Shown here: positions 54,901 to 64,000 of the stretch, piece by piece | Numbering within the stretch: position 1 is the first letter of the stretch | How the letters are laid out: every line of letters starts with the position of its first letter | Source: Saccostrea echinata | Taxonomy: Eukaryota | Reading direction: 5' to 3' | NCBI RefSeq assembly: GCF_033153115.1 | Contig: NW_026889771.1 | Span: 11,966,001 to 12,030,000, forward strand | DNA length: 64,000 nt | Position numbers and translations under genes: made by a program | The notes under the pieces: generated by a model | What the model saw: only the letters and a program-made list of their open reading frames with translations | Told to the model about the DNA's origin: nothing | Databases searched by the model: none

Positions 54901-57900
54901 CTAGCAACAACTCAGCTGGCATCCTCTGGGCAGCAAAATTAGCAGCTCTGCTGCCGTCATGTCCATCAAACACTCCATAAAGATAGCAGTCCTCATCATG
55001 CCTACAACATCAAACTAAGTCAAAAAACTGCATTCTTGTGATAAAACAAGAAATATTAGAAACAGTATGCCACAGAGTTGTGAAATATTTATAATTTAGT
55101 GAAGTGAAATCCTGATTGTTGTGATCTGTCTTAAATCACATGGACATTAAATAAAGACACAAGAAAGAAGTATCTTCTAGCAAATCAGATTCAAGTCAGA
55201 GTCAACACACAACACAGATGTCTACATAATGCACCCTAATTAACATATACATGCATGGAATCTAAAGATGAGTTACCCACAAAAGGATGATATTGCATCA
55301 TTTACCAATTTTATGGCCAACTGTCCAGGCCTTGGTAAAACTCCAGTTGAAACATTAAAATATCTCATTCTTCTTTAAATACTTCAGTAAACAAGGAGAA
55401 ATGAAAGTTTATAATATACCACAATGATAAATGCATTTTAATTAACTAGTAATAAGGAAAAATGTCAAACCCTTGACCAATTTTCAAACATGACATACAA
55501 GGGCAGATCCAGGAATTTTTCCCCCGGGTGGGGGGGGGGGGGGTGTTCCATATCCATATACAAGTCAGCAGTAGACTCGAAAAAACCCACTTTGAGGGGG
55601 GGGAGGATGGCACACTGAATGGCGAAGTTTAAGGGGACCATGTTTCCTTGGTGAGGGGATTGGGGTTCCAAAGTCATCCCCTGGTTACTTTACTACATGC
55701 ATATAAATCTAATAACTGAAAATCCTACGGGGATTCAGAACCCCCTGTTCCCTCACTGCTTTCCCTATGTAAATATTGAAGTTAGAGGAGATGACCATAG
55801 TTGGTCATCATCAAGAGATATATTTATACATGTATTTCAATACTATTCTCATGGTCAAATATTAAGGTTTATATTGATTTTGGTACTTAAAACATCTCAA
55901 TTTACCTCTGACTATAAAGATAGAAGATGGTGATCAAAATGGGTCATCCAAAGTAATGATATTTTCAAGTCAACGGTCAAGGCCAAGGTCAAATCTGAGT
56001 GACTTTTGAAAAATACCACCCTGATTTACCAAAATGTGATCAGGATTCTCCATGAGCCTCTTTACTATGTACTAGAAAAACAGTAAGTATTTCTTCATGC
56101 CACAGTAAATTTTTCTTTGCCACATTCAAATTCACCCTGCCTCATGAAGATATGCCACTTTATAATGTTCTGTTTGAAAGACAGAGGTACATTGTAATAT
56201 TGATAATTCATGTCCAAAAACAAAATAAATAAAAGGAATACTGTAAATGTATTATATACAGCGGGTACGATATTTGGTGGAAATTGATTTTTGAACAAGT
56301 TAGCGTAGATTTGATTTAGCACATTTCTTAGTGTTCCTATTTATGTGTATATGTGCAAGATATTTAGCCATGTACTTAAATTAGCGGAAGTTCCTTTCTG
56401 CCAAAGGCGCTAAAAAGAATACACAGCCAAAATATAATACGTACGTTTACAGTATTATATACATCAACTTTTTATGTTTATGTTTACCCCAAAATGTAGT
56501 TTTGCCTGTCATTACTACAAAATGTCATTGCATCAGATCTCTAAACATGCTATTCATGTGCTTTGAGCCATGGTAAAATTTGAAGTGATGGAGAACTCTG
56601 TATGATGTTGAGTAAGATAGTAATCAGGTCATCCTGCACAGAGATAAATACTTTTTATTTACTGTTAAACATACAGTATACTACTCTTACATTTTGAATT
56701 TGAAGTGGAAACTGCAGTCCTCAAATTCATGTTCTTCTCGTCTAATACCATCCTCTCTGTAGATCTGATTGGTGGAGAATCCCACCCCTGATAGTGGACA
56801 CACAGGCAAGTCATCAGTCCAGCTCAAGGCATGTCCCTAAGTAAATAAAATAAACTGTTTAAAAATTTAACTTTATGATTTATGATCACTTTAATATTAA
56901 TTACTTGTATATTTGTCTAAATAAGTACATGTATAAATTTATGGAATTAAGGACATTTTTAAATGATTTTTCATACTGTTTCTTGTTTCCAAAGCAAAGC
57001 ATTCATGCATTCAAATTATTGCCAGCATTTCCTTATCTTTTTCCATGTTCACTTATAGTCACCCAGAGCTTTTAAATGCATATCTCCTTTTGAATACAAG
57101 TCACATATATACAATAGAAGCAAAAGCTGTACATTTCTGGTAATTAAGAATTATGTACATATGTGTTAATTGGTATGCCCATATACTAATCTCCAAATAA
57201 AAGGTGTATACATTTAATCAAAATGTGAATGACAACTCTGAAAACAGTAATGCAGAAGTAATATCCAAACTGAAGAAATATTACACGTACATGTATAATA
57301 GAAATTGTTCACGTCATGCTTTATGAATGCTGTAGTAATATAGATGCGGGACAATCAACATCCATCACAAACAAAAACAAGTTTCTAATCTTATATTCAC
57401 AATAATCTTACTAGTGGAAACATCTTGAAACTTGGATATTTCAGCATGCTAAAGATAAACAAAGACCAAACTTCAAAATCAAAAATTATACAGACTGATT
57501 CGAAGAAAGTTCAAACATTGAATGAAGCTACATCTTCACTTGGTAAAGTGATGAATAATGAGAAAAGAGTTTTAAATAGTAAATGTAAGCTATTGTTAAC
57601 TTGAGCAGGATAGAAGCAAGTAAACACGCAGAAATCTCTTCATATATTATGACTTTCTCGAACTGTCATATAAAATAAACGACTTCAGACGATTTCCTAA
57701 CATTCTGAATTTGGTATGGAAACCGGCAATAAGTAAACATTGTTCAGCAAGCTCTCAATACTAGAATTTTTCTTAAATTAGTTTTGAGATAAAACAGATC
57801 GGAACACAACCTTCCTTCATTGTGAAAAAAAAATCATTTGTCAGAGTAAAGCAAGGAACTTTTTAAAGTAAAAACGTGCAAAAATATTTTTTTTACACAC

Positions 57901-57966
57901 ATGTGAACCAATTCGTGGAGGTGATCCTACTACCACAACACCATTTGACAGCAGCCCACCAGACAT
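51983..57966 (-). CDS. TAB1: TGF-beta-activated kinase 1 (MAP3K7)-binding protein 1, 7 exons, about 551 aa
   Basis: Exons: 57901-57966, 56691-56836, 54848-55001, 54624-54710, 53572-53710, 53250-53478, 51983-52817 (1656 nt, open). SWTDDLPVCPLSGVG, PP2C-fold motifs, AQAVVDKVVRIHHD, DITLLVRNFNYPL, YHPVSVP and C-terminal TAK1-binding RVEAYVDFSEFY. Confidence 0.95.
56240..56454. mobile_element. Short TA-flanked MITE in a TAB1 intron
   Basis: tactgtaaatgta ... tacgtttacagta termini. Confidence 0.55.
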
Positions 57967-58142
57967 AATTTCCCCACATAGGGAAAATCCCGGATGTTTG
58001 GCTATTGAAAACGTCACTTCCGCTTTCGTTTTGCAAGGGCAAGCGTGTGTTGGTTTCGTTTTGTTCTTAGTAGCTAGATCTCTCCATTGTGTCTGTGCGG
58101 TAGATTTACAGTTTGTTATTATAGTTGGAAGAGTGAACAAAG
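57967..58142. promoter_or_regulatory. Probable bidirectional promoter TAB1/LYRM1 with LYRM1 non-coding first exon
   Basis: Head-to-head genes; ETS-type cacttccg (about 58015) and ccggatg; candidate donor aag|gtttgt at 58142. Confidence 0.55.
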
Positions 58143-58561
58143 GTTTGTAATGATTAACAAGAGTATTTGAGTAATGTATATATCATTACAGGTTAAATTA
58201 AATTTTGTTGGCAGTTTTGTTAAGAAAAGCAGGGATTAAGGTATATTTACATACAGAAACAGGCTATGAAACCGTGGTCTAAATCAGGGATTGCACTGTT
58301 ATGGAAGATACAGATGTATTGTGGAATCGTTAAGGTTTATAACAACACCCAGCTGGCTATTATGAACAAAACAATAAGAGATGTTTTGTTAAATGTTTAC
58401 CAAATATTTAAAATATATCTCAGTGAAAAAAAACTTTAGAAGTATGACTATGAATGAATGTTTCTCAATTTCTATTCAAACCATTCTGTTGTAGAAAATT
58501 GCACATCTATGGTCAATAAAATATAATCATCCTGGCTGTTCATCTGTAAAGGAGAAAGGAC

Positions 58562-61500
58562 ATGAGTGTCCATAAAGAAGTTCTCAGACTTTATAGGGGG
58601 ATTTTTCGTTTGTCCAGAACCTGGCAGTCAGCTACAGGAGACATCAAGGAAACAGCTGCAGAAAAACAGTACATAAAAGATGAAGCAAGGGAACTATTTA
58701 GGAAAAATCAAAATGTAAGATGTTTGATATAATATCCAAGGAAATACTGAGTGTTATTATTCTTTACAAATAAATTTAAATGTTAAGTTGTATAAGTATC
58801 CCATCCCTATTTTTTTTAATTAAGGTGTTGCACATGAAAGTGTGCTTAATTACTTATTAAGTGACAACATGAGTAAATAGGTCCCAATGACATCTGAGCA
58901 CAATTATTATAAATTGATTCATTTACCTGTAATTTTTAAGAATTGTTTCAGTGACTTTAAGTACATGTACTTGGTATAAATTATAATAAAAATATATTCC
59001 AATGGTTTTGAAAAATTACAGATCACAGATGAAAATGAAATACAAGTTCACATAAAGGAAGCAGTTACAAGAATAGAAATGGGTATATAATAATTAGTTT
59101 ATCTTTATATCCAATAATGAGTGAAATGTTGCAATTGAAGAACATACTTTTTTTGTTTAACCTAATGAATTCTATGAAACTTCAGAAAGTAGCTTGGAAA
59201 TAATTTAAATTATTTTGATCCATTTCAGCTCTGCATTATAGGACGCCATATCCAAGACATGTAAGTAAAGAACTCTTTTAATAGACCTTGAAGAAGAAGC
59301 CAAGTAGAACTATATGAAAAGCACTGATACCCCTGTTTTAAGTTTCTGGATCCACTCCTCATTAAATGCAAACCTTATAATGGAAGGGAGAAAAAAAAAT
59401 GCATAACATTCTAGGATATTAATCCCGCACTATCTCTTACTCTGTGTTTGTTCTACTAATATTGGGCTATAGGGTCCAGTAGCAACCATTCCAATATTCC
59501 TCCTTCCTTTAAGATCAATGAAATACAAACTGTTCTTTACATAGGTTTTAAGACATGGTGGCACCATGACTGGGATGGCTCCATTATATAACAGGAAGGG
59601 GGAAAAGGGGGGGGAGAGTAAGAAACAAATCCTAGACCTTCTGTTCACTACACACTTCACCACTGAACTAGACCAATGTGTCTGAACCAAACTTACATAA
59701 ATGTCTATGAACATGCATGTTACATGTAGGGAATGCATGTGAACTATATGCTATAGGCTGGGTATATTCCCTGATTGCTATCATTAGCCATGAGTAATGT
59801 TGATTCATGTGTATACCAGTCTTTCACAAGATGTGGAGATTTAAATTAAGGGTGAAGCAAAGGCACACCCAAAGCACCCCCACCCCTTCTAACTATGTTG
59901 AATTGCTGTTGGTTTGTTTATTGAAAAAATTTGCTATGTTCTTGTATTATCCCAATATTGATACATGTACAAATGTAAGAAGGTAATCTCATTTCCAAGT
60001 CAACACTTGGTTTTTTTAAACATACCTTGTGCTTTTTTCATTTAAAACTAGAAATATGTCCATAGGACATGAATGCCCCACCGAGGGTATATTAGTAATG
60101 CAACATTTTAACACAAATTGAGAAAAGTGAGGTCAAGGTCAAAGGAAAGGTCAAGGTGAAAAAATATTGATGCAGTTGAATAGCTTACATTAGTATGTAT
60201 CAGCATATGAAGTTTGACACAAATTTAAGAAAAGTGAGGTCAAGGTCAAAAGAAAGGTCAAGGTCAAAAAATGTTGATGCAGTTGAATAATTTACATCAG
60301 TATGTATCAACATATGAAGTTTGATTACACTATCTTGAATGGTATCTTTAAAACTGAGCTAAACACTAATTTAAGAAAAGTGAGGTCAAGGTCAAAGGAA
60401 AGGTCAAAGTCAAAAAATATTGATGCAGTTGAATAGCTCTCATCAGTATGTATCAGCATACAAAGTTTGACACTAATTTAAGAAAAGTGAGGTCAGGTCA
60501 AAGGAAAGGTCAAGGTCAAAAAATGTTGATGCAGTTGAATAACTTTCATCAGTATGTATCAGCATATGAAGTTTGATAACATTATTTTGAATGGTATCTT
60601 TAAAACTGAGCTAAAAACTTATTTAAGAACAATGAGGTCAAGGTCAAAAGAAAGGTCAAGGTCAAAAAATGTTGATGCAGTTGAATAATTTACATCAGTA
60701 TGTATCAGCATATGAAGTTTGTTAAAAATATCTTGAATGGTTTCATTAAAACTGAGCTAAACACTAATTTAAGAAAAGTGAGGTCAAGGTCAAAAGAAAG
60801 GTCAAGGTCAAAAAATGTTGATGCAGTTGAATAATTTACATCAGTATGTATCAACATATGAAGTTTGATTACACTATCTTGAATGGTATCTTTAAAACTG
60901 AGCTAAACACTAATTTAAGAAAAGTGAGGTCAAGGTCAAAGGAAAGGACAAGGTCAAAAAATGTTGATGCAGTTGCATAGCTCTCATCAATATCTATCAG
61001 CACATGAAGTTTGATAAAAATATCTTGGATAGTTTCTTTGAAACTGAGCTTTGAACAGAGCTAAACGCAAAGTGTGACGGAAGGACAGACGGAAGGACAG
61101 AAGGACGGAAGACGGACATGACAAACACTATATGCCCCGGCCATATTCATGGCGGGGCATAAAAAAATGAGGAGTAAGAGTTGAAGAAAAACAGATAATT
61201 AACTCGCATGATTTAAGAAATGTGCTTCCATACCTTGCAAGCTTTGAGTGCTTTAATAAATATAACCCTGCCAAAACCCTTTTTTTCAAAAGATAAAACA
61301 GGGTACTTGGCATAAAGGGTAAATGCACCATATAGAACAGAACAGAACAGAACATTTATTTTCTAATTTAGAGCTCATAACAGACAAGTATGAAATTATT
61401 ACAATAATAAAGAAAAGATATGCCAATGGATAGTATAACAATTTGTAAATGACATTGCTCATTTCAACAATATCGTATACTATTTCAGCTAAAGGGAGTA

Positions 61501-63600
61501 CTATATATAAAAGTGTATGACTACTACAACATGTTATCATTTATGAATTTGCCCACAGAATTAAGAGTTTCTTTGTCTTCAGTATTGAGTAACCAAAAAA
61601 GTTTTTGTTCATCATCTAATGCCAAGAAAGTTGGAAATTTACTTTTAATTGACTGAAAAATTTCTTTTCCTTGATGTTATCAAAAAATGAGTTTCATCAT
61701 CTACACTGTTAGAATTACATCTATTGCATAATCAATCTTCTCAAGGGATGTTGGTAAATCATCCCACTTCAATTTGCAATCTGTGACAAGAAATTTTTAA
61801 TTTACATAGAGATTTTCTGTGATGAAAATTTTTAACTACTGATAAATAATTCTCATAACCCCAATTTCGTTTGAGTTTTACATATGTGCTTAATTTACCA
61901 TCGGTATAACTTTGTTGACTTGTATATACCAATTTTTTATATAATCCCATGGCAAAGTGGAAGGCAGTTATTTAGCAGTTTCTTAGCCTTAACAGTTTGA
62001 TCTTTTTAGCAGTTCTGGAGCAGTTACTTAGCCTTCCCTAGACTGCTAATGGAGAAACAAATTGCTTTCAAACCTTTTGTAATCTATAAGCAGTTTTCTT
62101 AGCCTTACCAGTTCGTAACCAGTTCGCAGGCAGTTCACAGGCAGTTTCTTAGCAGTTCACAGGCAGTTTCTTAGCAGTTCATAGGCAGTTATTTAGGCAG
62201 TTTTTTCTAACTGCTAGTGGACTTCCAGTAAACTATTATATACTGCTTATCTATTTCCCTTTTTCAACATAAATATTAATTAGTCAGGAGTGAGGACACT
62301 TCCTATTATCCTGCCTGAAATAATATGCAACTATAATAGATCTACCTATATCAGAAATGCTTGTTACATTTTCATTTATTGTATTTTGTACAATAATTGT
62401 ATAACACAGTCAAACAATTAGAGATTGCTAAGATGAATTAATGTTTCAAAAGTATCAAACACTGTTTTATGCATTCTGTTATTATAATCAGTGTAACTAA
62501 TAATTAATACATGTACCTTAATTATTTACATACACTGTGATGCACAACCATGCAATTATACTCACTGACTAGTAAGAAATCTTATATATCCCAGGGCATA
62601 TAAATATAATGTTCAACGAGATTCAACACTGAAGGAAAAAGTCAAAAGTACAGCAATTATTCACTTCATCCAAAAAACCACAAGGCCACAAATTAATAAA
62701 TATAGTACTTGCCAATTGTTAAAAGTCTACACCATCATTTCAATAAATCTAAAGCTTTGTGGCCAGCAGGCTCCCTCTTCATGATGCTTTATTATTTGCA
62801 TTGTCCAACAATACAACATGGCAGCCAAAAAATGAATTTTGGCGGTCTGTTGTTGGGTTCCTGTTGTTTATATTTGTTGATCATTGAGCCCAACATTAAA
62901 ATTTCTCTTGAACCCAATCAAATTGTACAAGGAAACTGCTTACAAACTGCTTACAAAACTGCTTATGAAAACTGTCTTCTCCTCAAGCATAGGCGACCAA
63001 GATATAACTGCTAGGGAAACTGAATACTGCTTAAAAACTGCTAAGGAAAACTGTTTTCTCCAAAGGCACTAGCAGTCACAAAAGAACAGAAAGCCAAACT
63101 GCCTGAAACTGTTTGAAAACTGCTTAAAATTTGCAAAACTGCTACAGAACTGCCTAATAACTGCCTATATAGGCAGTTCACTTTTCCATGGGATAATCTA
63201 ATAATTAAGGTTTATATATATATATAGTCAATCACCATGATGGTGATTGGGCATGATTTTATTTAGTGGAATGAGAAAGGTATTCATAAACTTCATAGGC
63301 TGTCCACAGAAATTATTATCAAATTCATACTGGGTAAAGTGAGAATTCATCCAACTTTGCCATGGCCTGCTATATTGGACAATACATGTATAACCATGCA
63401 GCAGAGTTATCCCTCTTGCACTAAGATATTTAGGTTTATAATTTTTTTGTAAGAGTTATCTTTCTTTTTCTGTGTTCAAGGTCAATTTTCCCCAGCATGT
63501 GTTGGCACCATTGAGCTCAAAATTGAAGAAAGCTCAAAAGAGACAGATTAAAGAATCTATACCACTTTACTGGAAATCTTATGAAGATTCAACAAAGTGA
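58562..63600 (+). CDS. LYRM1: LYR motif-containing protein 1, 4 coding exons, 121 aa
   Basis: Exons 58562-58714, 59022-59082, 59229-59260, 63481-63600: MSVHKEVLRLYRGIFRLSRTWQSATG...EKQYIKDEARELFRKNQN...RIEMALHYRTPYPRHVNFP... Confidence 0.93.
60046..61166 (-). mobile_element. HINE-like element with a 107/146-bp tandem array in the last LYRM1 intron
   Basis: Terminal hairpin atgccccggccat...atggcggggcat, (gacggaag)n tract; monomer starts 60127, 60234, 60380, 60487, 60632, 60778, 60924. Confidence 0.8.
61333..61945 (-). mobile_element. Degenerate LINE 3' end
   Basis: KLSTYVKLK..GYENYL...LCKLKISCHRLQIEVG; aataaa followed by a (gttct)n tail on the minus strand. Confidence 0.7.
61946..63192. mobile_element. 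Non-autonomous DNA transposon with CCC termini and 2-bp TSD (EnSpm/CMC-like)
   Basis: at|cccatggcaaagtgga ... ttcacttttccatggg|at; many subterminal gcagtt / aactgc repeats in mirror orientation. Confidence 0.75.
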
Positions 63601-64000
63601 TAATTTCTGAAGATCTTAATTATGATGTTCCAACAAAGTGATACTAGTAATTTCTAGTGTGATATTTTTGACTTTGGTAAATTCTCTATGTACATATTAG
63701 TTTGGTAAGACAGCGCAATATATTTGTGACAAATAATATTATAATTCGTAAATTTATGCTGAAATAAACCAAATACACACACAAAAATACTCCATTTTTT
63801 CTATTTTACATTTTTTTTTTATATATTTTAAAAGACATTCTTGCATTTTGGACAAAAATAGTGTTCAATCATTAATTAAACTGTTGCACTACACCCTACA
63901 ACACCGTTTTAATAAATAATTCATTGAACTGGTGATGGTTTCTCTTTTATCCATAAAAAAAACTGTGTCACTGTCTGGTTAGAATATATGACTTTTTGTT

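Noticed and set aside
63581-63660. Short duplication of the LYRM1 stop region (caacaaagtgata twice)
   Set aside because: Small local tandem duplication with no evident coding consequence.

Overview
AT-rich, intron-containing animal DNA, most likely an oyster (Ostreidae), judged from a Cg170-like 166-bp satellite and other bivalve-type repeats. There is one assembly gap (265-463). I reconstructed exons by hand from GT-AG sites and reading phase. (1) A cluster of ionotropic glutamate receptor / ionotropic (chemo)receptor genes: gene A (minus, 5564-14818), gene B (plus, 25148-33298, about 803 aa), an IR25a/IR8a-like gene C (plus, 36526-41700, about 845 aa) and exon 1 of a fourth paralog D (minus, 1266-1368). 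A lipocalin pseudo-exon lies between D and A. (2) TAB1 (minus, 51983-57966) head-to-head with LYRM1 (plus, 58562-63600). (3) Many mobile elements: Penelope-like RT fragments, tRNA-derived SINEs, HINE/satellite elements, MITEs and LINE 3' ends. The most striking unannotated signal is between gene C and TAB1 (42448-49514): six related ~100-nt units (five full-length, one 5' half) with conserved ends, paired terminal stems, a variable middle and oligo-T terminators. They closely resemble vault RNA genes, which I do not know to be described in molluscs. All family assignments rest on motif recall; no searches were run.
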